DNA of 64,000 nucleotides, taken from Gammaproteobacteria bacterium. GTDB taxonomy: Bacteria > Pseudomonadota > Gammaproteobacteria > Pseudomonadales > Halieaceae. The first letter of the stretch is position 1. The number at the start of each line of letters is the position of its first letter. Shown in pieces: positions 37,378-46,206 of this stretch. The notes under the pieces were generated by a model. The model was given only the letters and a program-made list of their open reading frames with translations. It did no database searches and was not told where the DNA came from. The stretch lies in NCBI GenBank assembly GCA_030426545.1, contig JAUHYL010000012.1, positions 5,637 through 69,636 on the forward strand, written 5' to 3'. Made by a program: the position numbers and the translations under genes.

Positions 37378-38775
37378 TCAGAACACACGGAAGCGTTTGC
37401 GCACATGCCGCTGGCGCAGGGCGATCTGCGCGCGGCGCTGCTCGGGCGTCACCGAAGACGTGTCCGCGGGCAGTTCCGAACGGATGGCATCAAATGCCAC
37501 CTTGCGCGCGGAGATTTCGGGCCAGTCGCCTTTCTCCGGCTTCTGGCTGTAAGCCCAGCGGGCCGTGAGAAAACCCTCGGCATGGCCCGTGGTATCCAGC
37601 CAGTTGGGCACGCCCGGATCGCGGTGTGCCAGCACGGTGCGATACACCCCGTCCGCATCCGCGACCATCTGGTGGCCGTTGAGACTGCCGATACTGTTGG
37701 CGTACTCGATGGATTCACCCCACAAATTGCCGATCTGGAAGCCGACATACTGCGGTGGCAGCTTCACCCGATTCTCGATGATCAGCGCTTCCTCCGGGCC
37801 CAGTTCAAACACGCCACCGGCGTACAGGTTGGTGCTCTGCCCTCCCCCGGTCGCGCCGGAGGCGGCGTTCACCGTGTTAAACCCGTTCCGGGGAAAAGCA
37901 ACGCCGGGAATACTGCCTTCGCGTTCACCGTACGTGCCCATGAGGATTGTCCAGAAGGCATTCCAGTAGTGCATCTGGTTGCGCACCAATTCACCGCACT
38001 GGCGTAACTGCGCGGCTGCGCCGGCGCTGTCATAGGGCGGTGCGGCAGTGCCTTCGGCGCCCAACTGCTCAATTTCGAGGTGAATCGCCTCTTCGTGCTC
38101 CCAGTCACAGAACAACTGCCGGCCGCTGATGGTGTTCGCGTAGCGCTGTGGCGGACTGTCGGGATTGAAGGGGTGCGGTTTGTCCGCCACCTTGAGCGTG
38201 GCGATATAGTTGCCGCTGTAATCGGCGGGCTTCTCGGGCGCGAGCAGGATTACGAACTGACCATCCGCGTCCACCTGCAGCGCAGAAGAATCCAGCCTGC
38301 CGGTCTGCGTTTTCACGCCCGGCGTCAGCTCCGCCAGGGTGCCCGAATCACCGGCCATCACGCCCTCCATGGCTTCGAAGATCAGGTAGAACGGGGCTTT
38401 AGGGCCGGCCTCAATCGCCGCCTCACCACGCCAGTGACGGTGATCGCCTACGCGACCGCGAATCCTGTAGCTTGCGCGCCCGTCTATAGGCGCATAGAAG
38501 TAGATGGCATCGGCATTGTCGATGGTGCTGCGATTGATAATGGACAGCGCATTGCGAAAGTGTGGCCGCACCGGGTCCTCGTGAAAGGCGCGCTCAATGC
38601 CGTAATGCATGAAGCCCATCAGGTAGCGATACCCTTCCGCCAGGTTGCGCTCACTGGCGGGCGGCGGCATCAGCTCAGGGTTATCGATGGCATCGCGCGC
38701 GCTCTCCATGGCACGGATAAGATCGTCCCAGGCCGCGCGCAGTTCACGCCGGGTTTGTTCAACGTCGTTGCTCAT
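37378..38775 (-). CDS. Uncharacterised DUF1214-like protein
   Basis: 'LAEGYRYL', 'IDNADAIYFYAPIDG..SYRIRG', 'VPNWLDTTGH.EG..TARW' match the pattern I associate with DUF1214-containing proteins found beside sulfotransferases. Confidence 0.6.
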   Translation of the reverse strand: MSNDVEQTRRELRAAWDDLIRAMESARDAIDNPELMPPPASERNLAEGYRYLMGFMHYGIERAFHEDPVRPHFRNALSIINRSTIDNADAIYFYAPIDGRASYRIRGRVGDHRHWRGEAAIEAGPKAPFYLIFEAMEGVMAGDSGTLAELTPGVKTQTGRLDSSALQVDADGQFVILLAPEKPADYSGNYIATLKVADKPHPFNPDSPPQRYANTISGRQLFCDWEHEEAIHLEIEQLGAEGTAAPPYDSAGAAAQLRQCGELVRNQMHYWNAFWTILMGTYGEREGSIPGVAFPRNGFNTVNAASGATGGGQSTNLYAGGVFELGPEEALIIENRVKLPPQYVGFQIGNLWGESIEYANSIGSLNGHQMVADADGVYRTVLAHRDPGVPNWLDTTGHAEGFLTARWAYSQKPEKGDWPEISARKVAFDAIRSELPADTSSVTPEQRRAQIALRQRHVRKRFRVF

Positions 38776-38786
38776 GGTGTTGCTCC

Positions 38787-39638
38787 TCAGGCCGTAGCAT
38801 CCAGGTCAGCGGGCAGGAAGGCATCGCCAAGGTCACTGTGACCATCCAGGCTCATGACACGCCTGCCCCGGGCATGCAGGAGCTGGCGACTGTAACAAAC
38901 CTGTCCCACACAGCGATCACTGCACAACAGCAGCGCCGCCTCGGCCATGACCTCCACCGGCTCCGCCATATCGGGGCTGCGCCTGGCGATATCACGCACG
39001 TAGTCCGCCCCTGAAGTCAGTACAATATTCTCGGGCGCAAGCGTATTCACATACACCCCGTCCGCAGCCACCTCGTGTCCCAGCCCCTGCGTGTAGCGAT
39101 CCAGCGCCGCCTTGGTGGCACCGTAGGCGGTGATGACGTGTGCGGCGATCTGCGAATCCCGGTACGGCACCACGGGCTGCTTCGCGCTGAAACTGCTGAT
39201 GTTCAGTATCCAGCCGCAGCCACGTTCGCGCATGCCCGGCAGTGCCTGCTGTGCGAGGTCCACCGGGGCATTGAGATTCACCTCGTACATCCTGTTGCGT
39301 TGCTCGCGCGTGACTTCGCTGGGCAGGCGCATGCTGGAAGCGGCGGCGTTGTTGACGATGATGTCGAGGGGGCCGAAATGCGCTTCGGCACGGGCGACGA
39401 GATCGGCGCGCGCGGAATCATCACTGAGGTCACACACCTCTGCCGCCGCACGACCACCTGCCGTCTGGATCGCCGCCACAGCACCCTCCAGCGTGCCGTG
39501 CAGATCACCATGCGCACCCAGCCGGGAAGCACACAACACCGTGTTAGCGCCCTCCGCGGCGAAGCGCTTCGCTATGGCCAGCCCGATGCCGCGACTGGCA
39601 CCGGTAATCAGTGCGTTCTTACCCTGTAGTAGCGCCAC
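38787..39638 (-). CDS. SDR family oxidoreductase
   Basis: TGASRGIG, VNNAA, YGATK; the start overlaps the sulfotransferase stop by 1 nt. Confidence 0.92.
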   Translation of the reverse strand: MALLQGKNALITGASRGIGLAIAKRFAAEGANTVLCASRLGAHGDLHGTLEGAVAAIQTAGGRAAAEVCDLSDDSARADLVARAEAHFGPLDIIVNNAAASSMRLPSEVTREQRNRMYEVNLNAPVDLAQQALPGMRERGCGWILNISSFSAKQPVVPYRDSQIAAHVITAYGATKAALDRYTQGLGHEVAADGVYVNTLAPENIVLTSGADYVRDIARRSPDMAEPVEVMAEAALLLCSDRCVGQVCYSRQLLHARGRRVMSLDGHSDLGDAFLPADLDATA

Positions 39639-40801
39639 TAGACACTCTCCTCGATGGCATTTGCCAGTTCACCGCCACGCGGCCACGCGTGCCGTATAAA
39701 AAAGTCACCCAGTTCGTCTTCGATACGTTCCGCCGTCACCTCAAACTCGTCGAGGCTATAGCGAAAGCGCGTCGTGTGCCCGCGTTCCCTCTGCTCCTGC
39801 TGTACCAGCCAGTTATCGAACGTCTCAGACAGGGGAAGCTGCAGGGCCGCATAGATTTCGTGTACGGTCTGCCGGGGCTCGCTGATCAGCGCGCGGTAGT
39901 CCACTACCACCTGCGGAGTTTGCGGATTCTTCGCCAGCACATTGTCCGGGTGCGTAAAGCTCTCAAAGGACACGTCGGTGAGCATGGCGAGGGAACCGGC
40001 GTACGCGCTGCGTTCCCAGCCCTTGCCCTTCCACGTCACCTCCACCAGCTTCAGCACGCTGGGAATGCACTCCAGCGGGTTGCGCATCATGACAACGATG
40101 CGCGCATCGGGAAAAGTATCAATCAGCGACTGCACCCAACCACTCATCAGCGGGTTTTTTGACAGGTGTGTCCTGTCGCCGCCATTGAAAGCAAGCTGGC
40201 GCTTCACGCACTCACGGTAGTGGTGCATCCAGCGACGGCGTTTACGCGCTGGCAGCTGATCGACATGGAAGATGTCGAGCACATCCATCATGGGAATATC
40301 CAGCGCCCACTGCTGGGTAACGAATGCTGCACGCATGACAAACTGGTCTTCCTCGGAATTCCACAGACTCATATTGTGCATATGCCGGTACGGGCCAAAG
40401 GTCTTGTCATCCCAGGCAACCAGTTTCTTATTGATTGCACTGCCCAACAGACGGCGATCCAGCCAGCCCAGGCCACGCAACACCTTCTTTTGTAGCAGTG
40501 ATGGAAAAAACATTTCCCAGTAAAGGAAGTAACTGAAGGTATCGCCGTCCGCTGCCAGCAGCCGATGACAGAGGGTGGTACCGGAGCGCGCGTGTCCGAC
40601 GATAAAGACCGGTCGTTCTACCTTCTGCCGCCACAGCGAGGGAAACAGCAGGTAGTCGAGCAGGAAGCAGCTCGCGTTGAAGGCATATTCCAACGGCACC
40701 ACGAGGAGTAAACGCAACAGGGTGGCGCGTCGCCCTTTCCAGCCTTTGAGTGACCAGACGTGGCGCAGCACACGCCAGTAGTTTTGCAGATCAAAGTACA
40801 T
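39638..40801 (-). CDS. PAPS-dependent sulfotransferase
   Basis: 5'-PSB loop 'VGHARSGTT', 'LSKNP', 3'-PB motif 'MRNPLECIPS'. Confidence 0.9.
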   Translation of the reverse strand: MYFDLQNYWRVLRHVWSLKGWKGRRATLLRLLLVVPLEYAFNASCFLLDYLLFPSLWRQKVERPVFIVGHARSGTTLCHRLLAADGDTFSYFLYWEMFFPSLLQKKVLRGLGWLDRRLLGSAINKKLVAWDDKTFGPYRHMHNMSLWNSEEDQFVMRAAFVTQQWALDIPMMDVLDIFHVDQLPARKRRRWMHHYRECVKRQLAFNGGDRTHLSKNPLMSGWVQSLIDTFPDARIVVMMRNPLECIPSVLKLVEVTWKGKGWERSAYAGSLAMLTDVSFESFTHPDNVLAKNPQTPQVVVDYRALISEPRQTVHEIYAALQLPLSETFDNWLVQQEQRERGHTTRFRYSLDEFEVTAERIEDELGDFFIRHAWPRGGELANAIEESV

Positions 40802-40824
40802 GCCGTACCGCTAACCCCGCAGCG

Positions 40825-41247
40825 TTATGCCGTTACCGGCTTCATCAGCAAGTCAAAGGCCTGCTTCGAATCCCAGAATTCCTCGAAGTACGCCACCTTG
40901 CCCCCTGACAGCCTGATCAGGAACAGGTAGTCGTTCAGGTAGTCGCCGCCCGTCCTGGTTTTGCAGCGCATGCTGAAGCGGTAGATCACGTGATTGTCTT
41001 CAGCCTCGAGCCAGAGCTCATCAAACTGCTCCACAGTTTCAGGGAGGTAGCCGGTGGATAATTCCACACCGCTGTCGGCAACGTGCTTCACGGCATCCCA
41101 GCCCACGTGTTCCAGGCCGTCTGCGCCCGGGATGGGCATGCTGCGCGTGGTCTTCCAGGTCACATCGTCGGTAGCGACACTGCGGGCCAGCGGCGGGTCG
41201 GCCCAGAGATTACCGAAAAAGGTTTGTGCCACTTCCTTGTTGGTCAT
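40825..41247 (-). CDS. SnoaL/ketosteroid-isomerase-like NTF2 protein
   Basis: True start ATG 41247 overlaps the nitroreductase TGA (ATGA); 'YLNDYLFLIRLSGGKVAYFEEFWDS'. Confidence 0.82.
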   Translation of the reverse strand: MTNKEVAQTFFGNLWADPPLARSVATDDVTWKTTRSMPIPGADGLEHVGWDAVKHVADSGVELSTGYLPETVEQFDELWLEAEDNHVIYRFSMRCKTRTGGDYLNDYLFLIRLSGGKVAYFEEFWDSKQAFDLLMKPVTA

Positions 41248-41915
41248 GGGCGTTTCTCCTGCCATGCATTCCAGTGCATCACCTCGCGCGCCGGGCGACG
41301 CTGCGCCGGGCGGAAATCCAGCCCCTTTGTGTAAGCCACCGGGAATAACCCGGCCTGCGTGTAATCTGCATACGGTATGCCCAGCACCTCTGCTGCCTGC
41401 TCTTCCTTCCACAGGTGCAACGTGGTCAGCGCGCTGCCCAAACCGCGGGAACGCAAGGCCAGCATAAAGCCCCAGGCGGCGGGCAGGATGGAGCCCCACT
41501 GACTGGCCTGGTAGAACACGTTCTGGCGCTCAACCTTGCCGCGCATCAGTGGGATCACCAGCACCGGCACCTGCGCCATGTGCTCGATCAGGAAATAAAC
41601 CGATTCAGAAATCTGGCCCATGCGCTCATTGCGGCCGATATCGCCGCCGCTGAGCAATTCGGGTTTTTCATCCAGCAGGCCCATGAAGTGGGCGAGCGCG
41701 TCGCGGTTGATCTCCGCCAACTGGCGACGCGTCTCCGGGTCGTCGATGACCATCCATTCCCAGGTCTGCTGATTCGAACCATTGGGTGCCTGCAGCGCCA
41801 GATCAAGGCACTCCTCCACCACCTCGCGCTCTACCGGGCGTTCAAGATCCAGGCGCTTGCGTACGTTGCGCGTGGTGGTGAGCAGTTCATCGATACTCAG
41901 GTCAATTGCCGGCAT
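41244..41915 (-). CDS. Nitroreductase family protein
   Basis: Start ATG 41915; 'TTTRNVRKRLD', 'QAPNGSNQQTW', 'LALRSRGLGSALT'. Confidence 0.9.
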   Translation of the reverse strand: MPAIDLSIDELLTTTRNVRKRLDLERPVEREVVEECLDLALQAPNGSNQQTWEWMVIDDPETRRQLAEINRDALAHFMGLLDEKPELLSGGDIGRNERMGQISESVYFLIEHMAQVPVLVIPLMRGKVERQNVFYQASQWGSILPAAWGFMLALRSRGLGSALTTLHLWKEEQAAEVLGIPYADYTQAGLFPVAYTKGLDFRPAQRRPAREVMHWNAWQEKRP

Positions 41916-41963
41916 TCGATCATCTCCCTTGCTGCCGTCATTACGCCTCGCGCCAGCGTGCAA

Positions 41964-43172
41964 TCAGGCAGGGGTCAGCCTGACCGGCATTTCCTTGAAG
42001 CCGTGAATACTGTTGGAGCGTATAAACACGGGATCACCGCTGGCTTCGATAGCCGCAAAATGGTTGAAGAACTCCTCGAAAAAAACGCGCGCTTCCAGCC
42101 GCGCCAGATTGGCGCCCAGGCAAAGGTGTATGCCATGGCCAAAGGCGAGGTGTGGGTTCGGGTCGCGCCGTATGTCGAACTCCATCGGCCGGTCGAACAC
42201 CGCAGGATCAAAATTGGCGGCGCTGTACATCATCACCACCCTGTCACCGGCGCTGATTTTCTGCCCGGCAATCTCGGTGTCTGTTGTCGCGGTGCGACGG
42301 AAGTAATGCAAAGGGCAGGTCCAGCGCAACATTTCCTCGATCGCCAGTGGCAACTCCTCCTGACGCTCGCGCAGCCGCTGCAGTAGCGCCGGGCGCTGCA
42401 GCAATTCGTGCATGCCGCTGCTGATCAAACCCCGGGTCGTCTCGTTGCCCGCCACGGTAAGCTGTACAAAAAGCGATGCGAATTCCGTTTCCGTTACCAG
42501 GTGCCCTTCCACCTCCTGGTTGATGAGCAGCGATATAAGGTCATCACCACCCGCGTCCTTGCGCTGCATCGCCAGTTCGAAACCGTAGGTTCCCATATCG
42601 ATGGTGGCCTGCGTGACTTCCTCTGATGTACCGCCCAGGTCTGGATCCGTGCTGGAGGTCTGCAGGTCAGACCAACGCCGTATCTGGCTCCATTTGTCGC
42701 GCGGTATCTCCAGCATGGAGCAGATCACTGCCGTGGGCAGGTCACCGGCCAGGCTTTCGACGAAGTTTACTTCAGTGGGCTCACTGATCTGCGCCATCAC
42801 CTCGCGGGCTATGCCGCGCACCTTGGGTTCCAGCTCGGCCAACATGCGCGACGTGAATCGCGTAATGACCGCGCGCCGCAACGGGCCGTGTTTGGGCGGA
42901 TCCATGCCCAGCAACTGATTGCGCGCCATATCGAGGATATCCGGCGGCAGGTCATCGACCATGACAAACCCCTGCTCTGCAGAAAAGGTTTTGAAATCAC
43001 GCGATACCTTCAACACATCCGCATGTCGGGTGAGTACCCAGTAGCCGTAACCCTGCGGGTGCTCGTGCCAGTGCACCGGGTCATTTTCACGCAGCCACGT
43101 AAACTGGTGGTGAGGAATTCCGGCTGTGTAGCTATCCGGACTATAAACGTCGATATCCACCGCTCTGCGCAC
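41964..43172 (-). CDS. Cytochrome P450 (CYP125/CYP124-like pattern)
   Basis: Start GTG 43172 or 43160; 'MDPPKHGPLR', I-helix 'AGNETT', ExxR 'EEMLR', heme motif 'FGHGIHLCLG'. Confidence 0.93.
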   Translation of the reverse strand: MRRAVDIDVYSPDSYTAGIPHHQFTWLRENDPVHWHEHPQGYGYWVLTRHADVLKVSRDFKTFSAEQGFVMVDDLPPDILDMARNQLLGMDPPKHGPLRRAVITRFTSRMLAELEPKVRGIAREVMAQISEPTEVNFVESLAGDLPTAVICSMLEIPRDKWSQIRRWSDLQTSSTDPDLGGTSEEVTQATIDMGTYGFELAMQRKDAGGDDLISLLINQEVEGHLVTETEFASLFVQLTVAGNETTRGLISSGMHELLQRPALLQRLRERQEELPLAIEEMLRWTCPLHYFRRTATTDTEIAGQKISAGDRVVMMYSAANFDPAVFDRPMEFDIRRDPNPHLAFGHGIHLCLGANLARLEARVFFEEFFNHFAAIEASGDPVFIRSNSIHGFKEMPVRLTPA

Positions 43173-43173
43173 G

Positions 43174-43623
43174 CTACTCAACGATAACCGGCGGGTTGGG
43201 CACACCCATCTCCGCGCACATGGCGAGATAAAACTCCAGCGTGAGCGTACCGTCCACCACCGACGTGATGTTGCCCTCTGCATCGAGGTTAATATTGGAG
43301 CCGTACATCTGGAACCATACCTGTGTGTCATCTTCGATGGCGGTCAGCGTGTGCTCCGATCCTGCCGGTTCGTAGAGGAACGAGCCGGCACGGTTAACGT
43401 AATCGTATTCCTTGTACTTCCAGGCGCCGGAGCGGGTATAACCAAATACCGGGCCGGTGTGCCGGTGGGTATCCACTTCATAACCGGCCTTGAAAATATT
43501 TTCGACGATCCACAAACCCTCCTTGGGGCGTACCTGGAGCACCTTTAGCAGACTACCGTCACCGATATCCACGAAGGGGAGTTCGTCGGCGCCGAGATGT
43601 ACCGCGTCGGGGTGAGTCATCAT
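43174..43623 (-). CDS. Cupin, 2,4'-dihydroxyacetophenone dioxygenase-like
   Basis: 'HRHTGPVFGYT.SGAWKY.EY', 'GSFLYEPAGSEHTL'. Confidence 0.8.
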   Translation of the reverse strand: MMTHPDAVHLGADELPFVDIGDGSLLKVLQVRPKEGLWIVENIFKAGYEVDTHRHTGPVFGYTRSGAWKYKEYDYVNRAGSFLYEPAGSEHTLTAIEDDTQVWFQMYGSNINLDAEGNITSVVDGTLTLEFYLAMCAEMGVPNPPVIVE

Positions 43624-43762
43624 TATTCTCCTGTCTGTCAGCGTGGGCGTTGTTTTTCAAAATGGTGTTGCAGTTCTACGCAATCACTCTGTATAGCATG
43701 TCGCAGCGCTGCTGTTCGCTGTTCACTCGCGCTCTCGCGATAGTTTTGCGGCGCGGCATAAA

Positions 43763-44794
43763 TTATTGCGCCGGTGCCTGCAGTTCAGACACCACCCGGG
43801 CAACCTGTTCATCATCGGCCGGGTCTGCCGGCATGGGGAACGTGATGCGGCGGGTCAGGTCACCATAACGTTGGCGATAGACGTTCGCGATCGTGTCGTA
43901 AGTGCCGCGCGGCACGAACGTTTGCAACATGTCGTCGGTGACAATGTCCGGCATCGACTCCCAGCGCCCTTCACGCGTCAAATCGAGCAGCTGCTGCCCC
44001 TTGTGCTGCCAGCCGAACAGTTCAAGACTGGGCCAGTAGGCAGGTGTGGAATAGAGAAAACCCAGCATCGCGCGCTGCTTTTCCCAGTTGGCCGCCACCG
44101 CCTGCTCATCCTTGCCGCTGGCCGCGAGCGGACCCAGCACCAGGTGAAACGAAGCCGGATCGCGGCCCGCCCGTTCAAAACCCTGCTGCAGGCGCGGTAG
44201 ACAGACCTGCCGGATATATTCCGGCGGTGTATTGGTGGGATGGGTGATCATGCCGTCCGCTATGCGCCCCACCATGCGGGTCATGGCCGGGCCTACTGCG
44301 CCGCACAGGATAGGGATGTGCGGATGCTCGATAGGCCCCGGGTTGAAAAAGGGCTGTAGTTTGGTCAACTGGTAATGCTCACCCTCAAAATTCAGCCGGT
44401 CACCCGTCTGGAAACTGTGGAACACGGCCTGCATCGCCTGCACATACTCGCGCAGTTGCGGCACGGGCGAGTCCCAGCGGGCGCTGTAGCGCTTTTCTAT
44501 GTTGGGTTTAATCTGCGTGCCCAGCCCAAGCTCGAAGCGCCCGCCAGACATGTCCTGCAAATCCCAGGCGGCAATCGCCGTAATCATCGGGCTGCGCGGA
44601 AACGCCAACAGTACCGCCGTACCGACAATAAGCTTCTCGGTCGCATTGAGCGCCATGGCGGCCAGCAGCAACCCGTCATGAATCGCATCGGGCACATGCA
44701 GACCATTAAAGCCCATCGCCTCCGCACGCGCCGCGTGGGCACCAATGTCGCCGGGACCCATATCCTCCGGCGTGGAGGCGAAAACCTCGAACAT
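43763..44794 (-). CDS. LLM-class oxidoreductase of the F420-associated TIGR03617 (MSMEG_2256) type
   Basis: 'AFPRSPM..A..AWDLQ..SGGRF.LGLG.QIK..IE.RY', 'PFFNPGP', 'LITHPTNT', 'YSTPAY' equivalents. Confidence 0.8.
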   Translation of the reverse strand: MFEVFASTPEDMGPGDIGAHAARAEAMGFNGLHVPDAIHDGLLLAAMALNATEKLIVGTAVLLAFPRSPMITAIAAWDLQDMSGGRFELGLGTQIKPNIEKRYSARWDSPVPQLREYVQAMQAVFHSFQTGDRLNFEGEHYQLTKLQPFFNPGPIEHPHIPILCGAVGPAMTRMVGRIADGMITHPTNTPPEYIRQVCLPRLQQGFERAGRDPASFHLVLGPLAASGKDEQAVAANWEKQRAMLGFLYSTPAYWPSLELFGWQHKGQQLLDLTREGRWESMPDIVTDDMLQTFVPRGTYDTIANVYRQRYGDLTRRITFPMPADPADDEQVARVVSELQAPAQ

Positions 44795-44813
44795 GCCTTG
44801 ACCCTTCCTTTTA

Positions 44814-44843
44814 ATAAGCTAAACTGACTATAAGCTAAACTGA
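44814..44843. promoter_or_regulatory. Tandem 14-bp direct repeat in the LLM/MarR divergent promoter
   Basis: ATAAGCTAAACTGA at 44814-44827 and 44830-44843 (16-bp period). Confidence 0.65.
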
Positions 44844-44859
44844 TCAAACAGCAATTGCA

Positions 44860-45312
44860 ATGGCTAAACGCTTCCCCGAACCAGGGCTGGTCACACCCAG
44901 CGACCTCGGCCAGACGCTGATGCTGGTGTCACGCGACTTCCACCACCGCCTCACGCTGGACCTGAAGTCCCGCGGCGTGGAAGGTGTCAGCGCCCGCCAC
45001 AATGCCGTATTTCTCTACCTGGGTCGCAACGGCCCCAGCCGCGCGGTTGACCTGGCACTGGCCGCGGGCATCCGCCCGCAGTCTATGATGAAGATAGTGC
45101 ACGAGCTGGAAGAAATGGGGCTGGTGACGCGACAGCCCGACCCGGACGACTCCCGCGCGAAACTTATCGACTTTACCGCGCGGGGCCGACGCTTTATCGC
45201 CGAGCTCAGGCAATCCACCGAGACAGTCTGGCAACAGTACGCCGATCTGCTGGGTGAAACCGCACTGCAGGACACAATGTCCCGGCTCAACCGGCTCGTA
45301 ACGACAGCATAA
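44860..45312 (+). CDS. MarR family transcriptional regulator
   Basis: wHTH 'LEEMGLVTRQPDPDDSRAKLIDFT.RG'. Confidence 0.92.
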   Translation: MAKRFPEPGLVTPSDLGQTLMLVSRDFHHRLTLDLKSRGVEGVSARHNAVFLYLGRNGPSRAVDLALAAGIRPQSMMKIVHELEEMGLVTRQPDPDDSRAKLIDFTARGRRFIAELRQSTETVWQQYADLLGETALQDTMSRLNRLVTTA

Positions 45313-45330
45313 CCCGCATGAGAAACACCC

Positions 45331-46203
45331 ATGAATAAAACAGACGCAGGCAACGACGACACGGTCGATACACCCGTGGCCTTCATCACCGGCGCCAGCC
45401 GCGGCATCGGCGCGGAATCTGCCATAGCACTGGCGCGGGCGGGCTACCGCGTGGCCATCACCGCGCGCACCCTGTCCGATGGCGAAGCGCATGAGCATGT
45501 TGGCAACAGCGCCCCTCTCCCGGGAAGTCTGCAGGCAACCGCGCGCGCGGTCGAACGTGTTGGCGGCGAAGCGCTGTGTCTGCGTGGCGACATCCTGGAG
45601 CCGACATCCATGGTAGACGCCGCACAGGCGGCACTGGCGCATTTCGGCCGCGTCGACCTGCTGTTTAACAACGCGGTCTACCAGGGCACCGGCAATCTCG
45701 AACCGCTGCTGGATGTGACGGATGAACAACTGCTGCAGATTTATCGCGGTAACGTCTTTACCCCGCTCGCGCTGGTAAAAACGCTGCTGCCCGGGATGTT
45801 GCAGCGCGGGGTCGGCAGCGTATTCAACATGGTCTCGGCGACGGCATTTACCAATCCGCCGGCACCCGCTGACAAGGGCGGCTGGAGCTTCGCCTATCCA
45901 TCGTCCAAGGCGGCACTGGCGCGCATGGCGGGTTCCATACGCGCTGAACACCCGGCCAGTGGCGTACGGGCTTACAATCTCGAGCCCGGGCTGGTCATTA
46001 CCGAAGTTATGCGCCTGGCGGGAATCGATGAAGCGGTCATGGCACGCTTCAAGCCCTGCACACCCGCCGCCATCGCTGCCGTTGTGGCGTGGTTGGCCGA
46101 CAACGACCCACGCGAGGCATGGCAGGCAGAAGAAGTCCTGCGCTGCCCGGCGATCGCCAAAGAACTCGACTTGCTCCACACCCCTTCCCTAATGGAGGCA
46201 TGA
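45331..46203 (+). CDS. SDR family oxidoreductase
   Basis: TGASRGIG, FNNAVY, YPSSK. Confidence 0.9.
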   Translation: MNKTDAGNDDTVDTPVAFITGASRGIGAESAIALARAGYRVAITARTLSDGEAHEHVGNSAPLPGSLQATARAVERVGGEALCLRGDILEPTSMVDAAQAALAHFGRVDLLFNNAVYQGTGNLEPLLDVTDEQLLQIYRGNVFTPLALVKTLLPGMLQRGVGSVFNMVSATAFTNPPAPADKGGWSFAYPSSKAALARMAGSIRAEHPASGVRAYNLEPGLVITEVMRLAGIDEAVMARFKPCTPAAIAAVVAWLADNDPREAWQAEEVLRCPAIAKELDLLHTPSLMEA

Positions 46204-46206
46204 ACA

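Noticed and set aside
41964-43331. Frameshift or pseudogene at the cupin/P450 junction, suggested by the overlapping ORF call
   Set aside because: P450 homology begins at GTG 43172/43160, immediately after the cupin stop at 43174; both genes are intact.
44929-46179. 416-aa minus-strand ORF
   Set aside because: Antisense shadow of MarR and SDR genes that have clear family motifs.
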